DNA of 64,000 nt from an uncultured Chloroflexia bacterium (lineage in GTDB: Bacteria > Chloroflexota > Limnocylindria > Limnocylindrales > CSP1-4): contig CAVXPZ010000002.1 in the NCBI GenBank assembly GCA_963763775.1, forward strand, positions 74,275 to 138,274, given 5' to 3'. Shown piece after piece: positions 31,842-42,214 of the stretch. The translations under genes were made by a program, and so were the position numbers. Each line of letters opens with the position of its first letter. Position 1 is the stretch's first letter. The notes below the pieces were generated by a model. That model was not told where the DNA came from and did no database searches. It saw only the letters and a list, made by a program, of their open reading frames with translations.

Positions 31842-32797
31842 CCGTCGAGGTCCGGCCGGCGTCCACCGCGCCCGACGACCTCGTGACCATCGCCCGGATC
31901 ATCAACTCCGCACGCCCCGACGATCCGACAACGGTCGACGAGCTGCGCTGGGCCGATACCGACGTATCCGGGGGGCCGACGGTTCATCGCCGCGCTCGAC
32001 GGCCGCGACGTCGGTGTCGGGACCATCGGGCGGATCTACGTCTATCCGCCGACGTTCGATGGCCTGTGGGCGACGGTCGACGTCCTGGCTGACCTGAGGC
32101 GGCGGGGCGTCGGGGCGGCGCTGCTCGAGACGATCCGGGCGGCGGCCGTCGATGCTCGGAAAGTCGACGTTGCACATCCCGGCCTCGGACGGGCGGCCGG
32201 AGGGCGTCGCGTTCCTGCGTCCATCGCGGATTCACGGAGTACGAGCGCGCGGCCATGGTCGAGCTGCGGCTCACCGGACTGGCACCCCTGACGATCGAGC
32301 CGTCGGCGGGCGTGCGACTCGTGACCCTCGAGGCCCGACCCGATCTCGTGCCGGGCGTGCATGCCGTGGCGATGGAGACGTTCGACGACATCCCGGGCGC
32401 GGACGACCCGATGGCCGCGGGGGACCTCGCCGAGTTCCGTGCCCGCGACGTCGACCGCGACGTCATCCCGCGTTGGGGCTTCGTTCTCGCGTTGGACGAC
32501 GCCACCGACGACGTGGTCGGCTACGCGTCACTCGCGTTCGACCCAGGCTCATCGACCGTCGCGTATCACGACATGACGGCGGTCCGACGCGCCTGGCGCG
32601 GACGGGGTGTCGCGACGGCCCTCAAGGCCGCCACCATCGCCGCTGCCATCGACCACGGCCTCGAGCGGCTGTACACCGGCAACGACGTCGACAACGCGCC
32701 GATGCGTGCGGTGAACGCCCGACTCGGCTACCGGCCCCTCCCCGATTCGCTGACGCTGCGAGGCCCGGCGACGCCCCCGACACGGCCACCGGCGTGA
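31838..32797 (+). CDS. Tandem GNAT N-acetyltransferase; several frameshifts
   Basis: LRRRGVGAALL in the 5' half; TAVRRAWRGRGVATALK and NAPMRAVNARLGY in the 3' half. Confidence 0.8.
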
Positions 32798-32814
32798 CGC
32801 GGCATCATGGACGG

Positions 32815-33075
32815 GTGACCGATCCGTCCGTGGCCGCGCCACCACCCCACGACCCCCTCGCACCGGACCCGGACCTGTACGACGACCCGCGGAACGTCCG
32901 CGCTCGGGCCAAAGGCCTCCCGGCGCCGTACATCGCGGGCGGCGAGGACCCGGATCCGGCCAAGGGTCTCGCCGACGACCGCAAGTACGGCCGCTGGCTC
33001 ATCTACATGGTGGTCGGGCTCATCCTCGTCGGGTTCGTCGTCGGGATCGCGATCGCCCTGGCGGTCAGGGTGTGA
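32815..33075 (+). CDS. Small hypothetical membrane protein
   Basis: PRNVRARAKGLPAPYIAGGEDPD followed by one C-terminal TM helix; stop overlaps next GTG. Confidence 0.65.
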   Translation: MTDPSVAAPPPHDPLAPDPDLYDDPRNVRARAKGLPAPYIAGGEDPDPAKGLADDRKYGRWLIYMVVGLILVGFVVGIAIALAVRV

Positions 33076-34505
33076 CCGCGATCGCCGAACGACCGTCCGA
33101 CCGCGTGTCGGCCGTGACCTGGGAGCGGGCGCACGAACAGCTCCTCGAGACGCTGCGCGACCTGATCCGCATCCGGTCGATCAACCCGCCCGAGCCGGGG
33201 CACCCCGATGGCGAGCTCGTCGCCGCGAACGCCATCGCCGAGATGCTGCGAGCCGCGGGTCTCGTCCCGGAGGTGGTGGAGCCGGTCCCGGGCCGCGGTT
33301 CGGTGCACGCGCGGCTGCGCGGCGACGGGACCGGCGGGGCGCCGTTCCTCCTCTTCTCGCATCTCGACGTGGTCCCCGCGCCCCCGGAGCGCTGGACCCA
33401 CGACCCGTTCGCGGCCGACGTCGCCGATGGGTATGTCTACGGTCGGGGCGCCGTCGACATGAAGGACATGATCGCGATGGAGCTCGGGGTCGTCCGATTG
33501 CTGGCGGCGGAGGCCCGCGCGGCCGGGCTCGACCCGGCGCATGACCCCATCCCCGGACTCCGTCGGGACGTCCTGTTCACCTGCACGGCCGACGAGGAGG
33601 CCGGCGGCGACGCCGGGGCGCGGTGGATCGCCCTGCACCGGCCCGCCTGGTTCGAGGCCGCCGGAGCCGTCAACGAGAGCGGCGGCGTCTCGGTGACCGT
33701 GGCCGGCCGACGCCTCTACCCCATCCAGGTCGCCGAGAAGGGGTTCGCGCCGTTCCGGATCCGCGTCCGCGGGACCTGGGGGCACGGATCCATGCCGCGC
33801 GACGACAACGCGGCGGTGATGGCCGCCACGATCATCGAGCGCCTCGCCGTCCCGGGGCCGATCCGCCTGACACCGGTGATGGAACGGTTCCTGCTCGCCC
33901 TGGCCGAGGTGCTGCCGCGCGACGCCGCCCGCATCGTCCGGGGCATCGCGGCCGGGGACACCGCCGCCGAGGCCGCCCTCGACCGGGTCTGCGAGCCGAT
34001 GTACGCGCGGGTCGTCCGCGCGCTCATCCGCGACACGCTGAGCCCCGACGTGGTCCACGCCGGGGTCAAGTACAACGTCATCCCGGGCGACGCGGTGATC
34101 GAGGTGGACTGCCGGGTCCTCCCGGGGTCCACCGAGGCGGACGCCCGTGCCGAGGTGGAGCGGCGGATCGGGCCGGACCTGCTGCCGGCGTGCGAGATCG
34201 AGGCGCTCGCCTGGGGCGAGCCGGTCGAGTCGCCGGCCGAAGGCCCGCTCTGGGACATCATGGTCGCGACCCTCATCGACCACGACCCGGAAGCGGTGCC
34301 GCTGCCGATCATGGCGCCGTTCGGCACGGACGCGAAGAGCACGATCCCGATGGGGGTCCCCACGTACGGGTTCTCGCCGCTCCGGCTGGAGCCGGGCGAG
34401 CCGTACCTCGAGCGGTACCACGGGGTCGATGAGCGCATGTCGCTCGACGCGCTGCGGTTCGGCCTGCCGGTCCTCTACGACGTCGTGCGCCGCTTCTGCG
34501 GTTGA
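33072..34505 (+). CDS. M20/M25/M40 family metallo-hydrolase
   Basis: SHLDVVP, GRGAVDMK, ADEEAGG, NESGG, GTDAK, HGVDER. Confidence 0.92.
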   Translation: MTAIAERPSDRVSAVTWERAHEQLLETLRDLIRIRSINPPEPGHPDGELVAANAIAEMLRAAGLVPEVVEPVPGRGSVHARLRGDGTGGAPFLLFSHLDVVPAPPERWTHDPFAADVADGYVYGRGAVDMKDMIAMELGVVRLLAAEARAAGLDPAHDPIPGLRRDVLFTCTADEEAGGDAGARWIALHRPAWFEAAGAVNESGGVSVTVAGRRLYPIQVAEKGFAPFRIRVRGTWGHGSMPRDDNAAVMAATIIERLAVPGPIRLTPVMERFLLALAEVLPRDAARIVRGIAAGDTAAEAALDRVCEPMYARVVRALIRDTLSPDVVHAGVKYNVIPGDAVIEVDCRVLPGSTEADARAEVERRIGPDLLPACEIEALAWGEPVESPAEGPLWDIMVATLIDHDPEAVPLPIMAPFGTDAKSTIPMGVPTYGFSPLRLEPGEPYLERYHGVDERMSLDALRFGLPVLYDVVRRFCG

Positions 34506-34527
34506 CGCCCGGTCTACCGGGCCCGGG

Positions 34528-34746
34528 TCAGCCGCCCGAGTGCGCTGCCCCGCCCGACGGATACCGGACGCGGACCTGCTCGTCACAGGACGGACAGGCG
34601 AAGACATCGCCGCCGGCCCACCCGGCCTCGGGGTCGCTCGACGCCGGGTCGTGGTGCGACGGTCGCGGCTCGAGCCGTTCCCACCTGCCGTCGTTGTGCC
34701 GATGCTCCAGGCGGTACAGGGTCTCCGCCATCCGACTCTGATCCAC
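34528..34746 (-). CDS. Small hypothetical protein, possible Zn-binding (HxH and CxxC)
   Basis: AGGAGG RBS then GTG; LEHRH...FACPSCDEQVRV. Confidence 0.6.
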   Translation of the reverse strand: MDQSRMAETLYRLEHRHNDGRWERLEPRPSHHDPASSDPEAGWAGGDVFACPSCDEQVRVRYPSGGAAHSGG

Positions 34747-34770
34747 GAACGTCACCTCCTGACGGGAAGG

Positions 34771-35355
34771 CTACTCCGGCGTCCAGTCCCGCGGCGCCTT
34801 GATGAGGCGTCCGCGGCGGTTGATCGCGTGGGTCGCCAGCGCGGCGACGCCCATCGCCACGATCGCGCGCTCCGCGGTCGGCAGCGGCCGCACCGCATTC
34901 AGGAACTGGTCGGCCCGCGAGCGGTCCACGACGCGAAGGACCGCGTGGCCGCGCTGCGTGAGACGCAAGGTCCGCTGGCGACGGTCTTCGGGCTCCTGGT
35001 GGCGCTCCACGAGACGTCGGCGGACGAGCCCGTCGATCAAGCGGCTGGTGGCCGAGGGCGACCGGCCGATCTCCTCCGCCAGCTCCCCGACGGTCATCGT
35101 GCTGCCGTCGGCGAGCACGTAGAGCGCCGCGAGCTGGGTGAACCCGAGCCGCAGCTCGCCCAGCTGGCTCGCGAACCCGATCACGAGCTCGCGCCACAGG
35201 GCCCGGCCCATCGCGACGCGCTCGCTGATCTGACGGACGTTCGGCAGCCGGTTGCCGGCCGCGAGGACCGGTGCGGACAGGTCGGCCTCGAACTGGCGGG
35301 CGACCGCCCGCCGGGGCACCGGATGACGTCGCGCGGAGGGGAACGGGTCGGACAC
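34771..35355 (-). CDS. MarR-family transcriptional regulator with N-terminal extension
   Basis: TVGELAEEIGRSPSATSRLIDGLVRRRLVER..EDRRQRTLRLT..G. Confidence 0.85.
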   Translation of the reverse strand: MSDPFPSARRHPVPRRAVARQFEADLSAPVLAAGNRLPNVRQISERVAMGRALWRELVIGFASQLGELRLGFTQLAALYVLADGSTMTVGELAEEIGRSPSATSRLIDGLVRRRLVERHQEPEDRRQRTLRLTQRGHAVLRVVDRSRADQFLNAVRPLPTAERAIVAMGVAALATHAINRRGRLIKAPRDWTPE

Positions 35356-35443
35356 GGCTGAATCGTAGGTCCGCGGGGACTTCCATGCAACCGTGCACGC
35401 GAATCGGCCATGTCGGCCTCTGGCGGCACTACGCTCTGCCTCG

Positions 35444-36403
35444 ATGTCGACGTTCGCCTTCGTCTTTCCCGGCCAGGGCTCGCAGTCGGTCGGGATGGGA
35501 CGCACGATCGCGGAGGTCTCGCCCGGCGCGGCCGCGGCCTTCGCGACCGCGGATTCCACGCTTGGTGAGGGGATCACCGCCCTCGCGTGGGACGGCCCCG
35601 CGGATCAGCTTGACCGCACCGAGAACGCCCAGCCGGCCCTGCTCGCCGCCTCGATGGCGATCCTCGCGGCGATGCGCGAGCGATGGGCAGCCGCCGGTCT
35701 GCCCGCACCCGAACCCGCCTTCGCCGCCGGCCACTCGATGGGGCAGTATTCCGCCCTCGTCGCCGCCGGCACCCTCTCCCTCGAGGACGGCGTCCGGCTC
35801 GTGCGCGAGCGCGGCCGCCTGATGCAGGCGTCGGGTGGCGGCCGGGATGGGGCGATGGCCGCGCTCATCGGCCTCGACGACACGCGGCTCCCGGAGCTCG
35901 TGTCCCGGGCCTCGGCACATGGCATCTTCGTCGTGGCGAACCGGAATGCCCCGGGCCAGGTCGTGGTCTCCGGGGAGCGCCCGGCCATCGAGGCCGGCGC
36001 CGAGATCGCCAAGGAGCTGGGCGCGAAGCGCGCGATCGTGCTGCCCGTCTCGGTCGCGGCCCATTCGCCGCTGATGGCGGAAGCCGCCGAGGGGATGCGG
36101 ACCGCCCTCGCCGACGTGACGTTCTCCGACCCGCACCCGGCCCTCCTCGCCAACGCGGACGCACGGCTCCTCACGACGGGCGACGCATGCCGCGACGAGC
36201 TCATCGACCACCTCACGGCCGGCGTCGACTGGGTCGGCGCGGTCGGCCGCATGACCGAGGCCGGCGTCACGACGTTCGTGGAGGTCGGACCCGGCAAGGT
36301 GCTGACCGGCCTCATCCGTCGCATCGCCCCCGACGCCGAAGTCATCGCCGCGGACGACGCGTCGTCCGTCGACCGCCTGCTCGAACTCGCCATCACCGCC
36401 TGA
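35444..36403 (+). CDS. fabD: Malonyl-CoA:ACP transacylase
   Basis: FPGQGSQ, QPAL, GHSMG, NAPGQVV, AAHS, EVGPGKVL. Confidence 0.95.
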   Translation: MSTFAFVFPGQGSQSVGMGRTIAEVSPGAAAAFATADSTLGEGITALAWDGPADQLDRTENAQPALLAASMAILAAMRERWAAAGLPAPEPAFAAGHSMGQYSALVAAGTLSLEDGVRLVRERGRLMQASGGGRDGAMAALIGLDDTRLPELVSRASAHGIFVVANRNAPGQVVVSGERPAIEAGAEIAKELGAKRAIVLPVSVAAHSPLMAEAAEGMRTALADVTFSDPHPALLANADARLLTTGDACRDELIDHLTAGVDWVGAVGRMTEAGVTTFVEVGPGKVLTGLIRRIAPDAEVIAADDASSVDRLLELAITA

Positions 36404-36442
36404 TCCCTCGAACCCCCGAGATCACCGAAGGAGCACACGAAC

Positions 36443-37717
36443 TTGCGACCGCCCGACTACAACCGCCGCGTCGTCGTCACCGGCCTCGGCGTCATCAGCT
36501 CGATCGGCAACGATGTCGACACGGCCTGGACGAACCTCGTCGAGGGCCGGTCCGGCCTCGACGTCATCACGAAGTTCGACCCATCCCCGTACGCCGCCCA
36601 GTGGGCCGGCGAGGTCCGCGACTTCGAGGCGTCGGACTGGATGGACCCCAAGGCCGCGCGTCGGAGCGAGTCGAGCCTTCATTTCGGTGTCGCGGCGGCC
36701 AAGCAGGCCCTCGCCGACTCCGGGTTCGAGCTCGATGACGAGAACCGGACCGAGGTCGGCGTGATCTTCGGCTCGGGTGCCGGCGGCCAGTCGCTGATGA
36801 TCGACAACTACATCGCGCTCCACGATCGCGGCCCGCGCACCGTCGGCCCGACGTTCATCGCGAACGCCCTCGTCGACAGCTGCTCGGGGATGATCGCGAT
36901 CGAGACCGGCGCCATCGGCCACAACGTCTGCATGGTGTCGGCCTGCGCCACCGGCACGCACAACGTCGGCGAGGCCGCCGAGGCGATCCGCCGCGGCGAC
37001 TGCATCGCCGTCATCTCGGGCTCGACCGAGGCACCGCTCCTCGAGATCGGCCACGCGTCGTTCTCGAACATGCGCGGCATGGGCCTGCCGCGACCCGACG
37101 AGCCGTTCACGACCCTGTCGCGGCCGTTCGACCTGACCCGGAACGGGTTCGTGCTCGGCGAGGGTGCCGGGTCCCTGTTCCTCGAGGACCTCGAGCTCGC
37201 CAAGGCGCGCGGCGCCCGCATCTACGCCGAGGTCGTGGGCTACGGGTCCGCCGCCGACGGCTGGGACATGGTCCAGCCGGTCGACGCGGGCGCCGGCTCG
37301 GCCCGCGCCATGAAGATGGCCCTCGACCGCCGCGGCGTCCCCGCCGACGAGGTCGACATGATCAATCCGCACGGCACGTCGACGCCCCTGGGCGACAAGC
37401 GCGAGACCGAGGCCATCTGGTCGGTCTTCGGGCCGCGTTCGTCGGGCAAGGAGCACTCGCTGGCGATCAGCGCGACCAAGTCGATGACCGGCCACATGAT
37501 GGGCGCCGCCGGCGCTTTCGAGGCCTTCGCGACGGTCAAGGCGATCGCCGAGCAGTGCTCGCCGGGCACGATCAACTACCGCGACGCCGACCCGGAGTGC
37601 GACCTCTGGGTCCTCCCCGAGACGACCGCGATGCCGATCCGGTACGCGCTGTCGAACAACATCGGCCTCGGAGGCCACAACGGCGCCGTCATCTTCAAGC
37701 GGTACGACGGCGACTGA
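36443..37717 (+). CDS. fabF: Beta-ketoacyl-ACP synthase II (copy 1)
   Basis: RRVVVTGLG, SACATG, HGTST, GHMMGAAG; GAAGGAG plus TTG start. Confidence 0.9.
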   Translation: MRPPDYNRRVVVTGLGVISSIGNDVDTAWTNLVEGRSGLDVITKFDPSPYAAQWAGEVRDFEASDWMDPKAARRSESSLHFGVAAAKQALADSGFELDDENRTEVGVIFGSGAGGQSLMIDNYIALHDRGPRTVGPTFIANALVDSCSGMIAIETGAIGHNVCMVSACATGTHNVGEAAEAIRRGDCIAVISGSTEAPLLEIGHASFSNMRGMGLPRPDEPFTTLSRPFDLTRNGFVLGEGAGSLFLEDLELAKARGARIYAEVVGYGSAADGWDMVQPVDAGAGSARAMKMALDRRGVPADEVDMINPHGTSTPLGDKRETEAIWSVFGPRSSGKEHSLAISATKSMTGHMMGAAGAFEAFATVKAIAEQCSPGTINYRDADPECDLWVLPETTAMPIRYALSNNIGLGGHNGAVIFKRYDGD

Positions 37718-37725
37718 CGCCTTCA

Positions 37726-37945
37726 GCCTCGACCTCCCGCACTCGCGCACCTGCGTGGGCGCGCTCGCGAGGTCGGCTCGGCCGAAGCCGCCAGTCGCCG
37801 GTATCAATCTCAGCGAATGGCTGGACTGGGGGCGGTGGCCGCGTTCGGGCGGGTGGATGGCGGGGCGACGGACGCGCCGACCTCGCGAGCGGGCGCCACG
37901 AAGCGCCCGACGAGTGCGGGAGGCGGGGCAGTCGCGCCGCCAGCC
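37726..37945. repeat. Two inverted copies (B on -, C on +) of the dispersed hairpin repeat between the fabF genes
   Basis: 37726-37781 reverse-complements to CCGAGCCGACCTCGCGAGCGCGCCCACGCAGGTGCGCGAGTGCGGGAGG; 37876-37929 is GCCGACCTCGCGAGCGGGCGCCACGAAGCGCCCGACGAGTGCGGGAGG. Confidence 0.75.
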
Positions 37946-38004
37946 GTCACCCGCCCCAGCCACGCAACTACAATCTGACCGCAGCCCAACCGTGAGGAAC
38001 CCCT

Positions 38005-39270
38005 GTGCCTGAACGAGACCCAGCGCGCCGCGCGGTCGTGACCGGCCTCGGCGCCGTGATGCCGATCGGGAACGACTTCCCGACCTACTGGTCCAACCTC
38101 GTCAAGGGCGTGACCGGGACGCGACGGATCCAGAGCTTCGACCCGTCCGCCTTCGAGGTCCAGATCGCCGCCGAGGTGCTCGACTTCGACCCGACGAAGG
38201 CCATGGAGCCCAAGATGGCCCGGCGGATGAGCCGGTTCATCCACTTCGCGATGGCCGCGGGCAAGGAGGCGGTCGAGGACTCGGGGATCGATTTCGCCTC
38301 GATGTCCCAGGAGGAGCGCGACCGGGTGGGCGTCGTCGTGAACACCGGCGGCGGCGGGATCGAGCAGATCATCGACGGCACGCACGTCCACGACACGAAG
38401 GGCCCGCGGTTCGTCTCGGCGTTCGCGATCCCGGCCCTCTCCGGTTCGATGGGCGCCGCGATGCTGTCGATGCAGTACGGGCTGACCGGTCCGGTCATGA
38501 CCCAGGTCGCCGCCTGCGCGACCTCGGTCATCGCGTTCCACGACGCGCTGCGGCTCATCCGGTCCGGCGAGTGCGACGTCGTGCTCGCGGGCGGGTCCGA
38601 GGCCCCGGTCTGGCCGATGGGCGTGGCCGCCCTCTCGAACATGGGCGCGCTCTCGAAGCGCAACGACTCCCCGGAGACCGCGTCACGGCCGTTCGATGCG
38701 ACCCGCGACGGCTTCGTCCTCGGCGAGGGCGGCGGCGTGGTCGTGGTCGAGTCGCTCGAGCACGCCCGCAACCGCGGCGCGACGCCGATCGCCGAGATCA
38801 TCGGCGGCGCCCTGACCGCGGACGCGTTCCACATCAGCGCCCCGGAACCCACCGGCCGCGGCCAGGCCCGGGCCATGACCCAGGCCCTCCGCCACGCCGA
38901 GGTGACCACGGACGAGGTCGACTACATCGTCGCGCACGGCACGTCGACGTCGCTCAACGACGTGACGGAGACGCGCGCGATCAAGGCGGCCTACGGCGAT
39001 CGCGCCTACAAGGTCGCCATCAGCTCGCCGAAGTCGATGATCGGCCACCTCGTCGGGGCGGCGGGGATCGCCAGCGCGCTCGCGGCGATCGGCGCGATCC
39101 GCGACCAGGTCATCCCGCCGACCGCGAACCTGCACACGCCGGACCCCGAGTGCGACCTGGACTACGTCCCGCTCGTCGCCCGCAAGGCCAAGGTCGAGAC
39201 GGTCAGCGTCAATGGCTTCGGCTTCGGCGGCCAGAACGCGGTGGCGGTGTTCCGCACGGTCGTCGACTAG
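38005..39270 (+). CDS. fabF: Beta-ketoacyl-ACP synthase II (copy 2)
   Basis: RRAVVTGLG, AACATS, HGTST, GHLVGAAG, NGFGFGGQN; own TACAAT -10 box at 37969-37974. Confidence 0.9.
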   Translation: MPERDPARRAVVTGLGAVMPIGNDFPTYWSNLVKGVTGTRRIQSFDPSAFEVQIAAEVLDFDPTKAMEPKMARRMSRFIHFAMAAGKEAVEDSGIDFASMSQEERDRVGVVVNTGGGGIEQIIDGTHVHDTKGPRFVSAFAIPALSGSMGAAMLSMQYGLTGPVMTQVAACATSVIAFHDALRLIRSGECDVVLAGGSEAPVWPMGVAALSNMGALSKRNDSPETASRPFDATRDGFVLGEGGGVVVVESLEHARNRGATPIAEIIGGALTADAFHISAPEPTGRGQARAMTQALRHAEVTTDEVDYIVAHGTSTSLNDVTETRAIKAAYGDRAYKVAISSPKSMIGHLVGAAGIASALAAIGAIRDQVIPPTANLHTPDPECDLDYVPLVARKAKVETVSVNGFGFGGQNAVAVFRTVVD

Positions 39271-39336
39271 CGATCGGACGCGGCTCGGCCGGTCGACCGG
39301 AGCCCGGAGCCCGTAGCCCGGAGCGCGAGGGACGGC

Positions 39337-39841
39337 TCAGTTCACCGGCCGGAGCGTGTGGCCCTCGTAGGCCTCGATCGCGGCGACATGCGCCGGCGAC
39401 AGCGGGACCGCCGCGGCGGACGCGTAGTCGTAGCGGACCAGGACCGATTCGCTCGACGGCCACCAGGCGGCGCTCCCCACCGGGGACGGACGCCAGCAGC
39501 CGATGCTGGAGCGTGAACGACGAGCGCCCGATCCGGCTCGTGCGCGACTCCACGGTGACGACCTCGCCGTGGAAGACCTGGGCGCGGTACGTGATCCGCG
39601 CCTCGGCGAGGATCAGGCTCTCCGGATGCTCCGCCCCATGGCCGATGGGCTCGCCGGTCACGTCCGTCCAATACTGGATCCGAGCGACCTCGCAGTACGT
39701 GAGGTAGACGGCGTTGTTGACGTGGACCATCGCATCGGTGTCGCCGAAGCGGACCGGGATCTCGACCACGTGCCGGAAGGCGCCCGTGAGATCGCGCGGG
39801 TCCGCGCCCGGGCCGGTGTGATGGTGATGATCGTGCGTCAC
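39337..39841 (-). CDS. Acyl-CoA thioesterase (4HBT/YbgC hot-dog fold); frameshift near 39455
   Basis: VRFGDTDAMVHVNNAVY, IGRSSF, then ESVLVRYDY in a shifted frame to TGA at 39337. Confidence 0.85.
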
Positions 39842-39851
39842 GGGCGCGAGT

Positions 39852-42174
39852 CTACGCGGCTCGGTGGAACCCGCGCAGGCGCAGCGAGTTGGTGACGACG
39901 ATGACCGACGAGATCGCCATCGCCCCCGCGGCGAGCGCCGGGCTCAACGTGATCCCGAACGCGGGGTACAGGACGCCCATCGCGACCGGGATCAGCAGGA
40001 CGTTGTAGGCGAAGGCCCAGAACAGGTTCTGCCGGACGACGGTCATCGTGGCCCGCGAGAGTTCGAGCGCCGTCGCCACCGAGCGCGGGTCGCCGCCCAC
40101 GAGCGTGACGTCCGACGCCTCGATCGCCACATCGGCTCCGGTCCCGATCGCGATCCCCAGGTCGGCCGATGCCAGCGCGGGCGCGTCGTTGAGGCCGTCG
40201 CCGACCATCGCGACGGTGCGCCCGCCGGCCCGGAGCCGCTCGACCAGGGCCGTCTTGTCGGCCGGGCGCGCATCGGCGAGGACGTGCTCCGGCAGGATGC
40301 CGACCGCGGCCGCGACCGTCTCCGCGGTCGACCGGCCGTCGCCGGTGGCCAGCCACGTCTCGATGCCGGCGCGGCTGAGCGCCCCGACCGCCGGGGCGGC
40401 CTCCGCTTTCACCGGATCGGTGATCGCGATGGCCCCGATCGCGCGGCCGTCCATCGCGACGAACGCCACCGTCCGGGCCCCCGCCGCCGCGCTCGCCAGC
40501 AGCCCGGCCATCGGCGTGAGGTCGACGCCGCGCTCACGCACCCAGCGCTCGTTGCCGACGAGGACGACCCGCGGGCCGGTATCGGTCGTCACGGTCGCCT
40601 CGATGCCACCGCCGACACTCGCGACGAACCCCGTCGCGGGCAGGAACTCCCAACTCGTCCTGACGAGCCCGCGCCACGATCGCGGCGGCGAGTGGATGCT
40701 CGCTCCCCTTCTCCGCCGAGGCCGCGAGGTCGAGCACCGTCGCGATGCTGACGCCCGGCACCGTCAGCACGCCGTCGACGACCGGCCGGCCGAGCGTGAG
40801 CGTGCCGGTCTTGTCGAGGACGACCACCGACACCTTGTGGGCGGTCTCGAGCGCCTCGCCGCCACGGATGAGGATCCCCGCCTCGGCGCCACGCCCCGTC
40901 CCGACCATGATCGCGGTCGGGGTGGCGAGGCCCATCGCGCACGGGCAGGCGATCACAAGCACCGTGATCGAGGCCACCAGCGCATACGTCAGCCGCGGTT
41001 CCGGCCCGAACGCCATCCACACCGCGAACGTGACGGCCGACAGCACCAGGACCAGCGGGACGAAGACCTCGGCGATCCGGTCGGCGAGCCGGGCGATGGG
41101 CGCCTTCGAGCCCTGGGCGCGCTCGACGAGGGCGATGATCCGCGCGAGTGCGGTGTCGAGCCCGACATGCGTGGCACGCATGACGAACGACCCGGTCGTG
41201 TTGAGCGTGGCGCCGATCACCTCGTCGCCCGGACCCTTGGCGGCCGGGATGGGCTCGCCGGTCAGCAACGCCTCGTCGACGGCCGACGCGCCCTCGACGA
41301 CCACGCCGTCGACCGGCACCTTGTCACCGGGCCGGACCCGCAGGAGGTCGCCGACGACCACGGCCTCGAGCGGCACCTCGATGTCGCGGCCGCCGTCGAC
41401 GCGGATGGCCGACGTCGCGCTGAGCGCGGCGAGACGCCGGATCGCGCTCACGGTGCGGACCTTGGCGCGGGCCTCGAGCCACCGCCCGAGCAGCACGAGG
41501 CCGATGATGATCGACGCGCTGTCGAAGTAGGTCAGCGGCTCCAGGCCGGCCGCCTGCACGACGGACGGGAAGAGCGTGACCACGACGCTATACGCCCAGG
41601 CCGCGGTCGTCCCGATCGCGACGAGGGTGTCCATGTTGCTGGTGCCGTGTCGCGCGGTGCGCCAGGCGGACCGATAGAACCGGCGACCCGCCCAGAACTG
41701 GATGACCGTGGCCGGCACCAGCGCGATGAGATTCCGCTGCTCCATCCCGAGCCCCTCGGCCGGGATCGCCATCAGGACCATGATCCCGAACGCGACGGCG
41801 ATCGATGCGACCGCCTGGACGAGCAGCCGGTCCGCGGCTCGGGCCCGGTCGGCGTCCTCGGCGGTGCGCTCCGAGGCCAGGTCCGATGGCGTGATCGGCG
41901 TGATCGCGACGGGGCGCGGGGCGCGAACCTCGTACCCGGCGGCCTCGACCGCGCCCACGAGATCCGACCTCGTCGCCACGTCGGGCAGGTAGTGGATCGT
42001 CGCGATCTCGGTGGCGAGGTTGACGCTGGCGTCCTGGACGCCCGGCGTGTTGCGCAGGAATCGCTCGATGCGGTTCACGCAGGACGCGCAGGTCATCCCT
42101 TCGACCGGGAGGGCGAGCTCGGCGGCTGACCCGGGCCCGGTCGGTGGGATGGCGAGGACGATGGACTCAGACAT
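39852..42174 (-). CDS. copA: Cu(I)-translocating P1B-type ATPase; frameshifts near 40600-40650
   Basis: [35 protein letters not shown] and MAISS metal-binding residues. Confidence 0.92.
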
Positions 42175-42189
42175 ACTCCCTGGGAGTAT
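42173..42189. promoter_or_regulatory. Putative CsoR-type copper operator overlapping copA -10 and start
   Basis: Perfect palindrome ATACTCCC-T-GGGAGTAT; ATAC/GTAT ends around C/G tracts as in CsoR operators. Confidence 0.65.
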
Positions 42190-42214
42190 ACCACCCGCGT
42201 ACCATGGCGGACCC

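Noticed and set aside
35444-39841. Type II PKS (KS/CLF) cluster
   Set aside because: Both ketosynthases keep the active Cys, and no ACP, cyclase or tailoring genes are adjacent.
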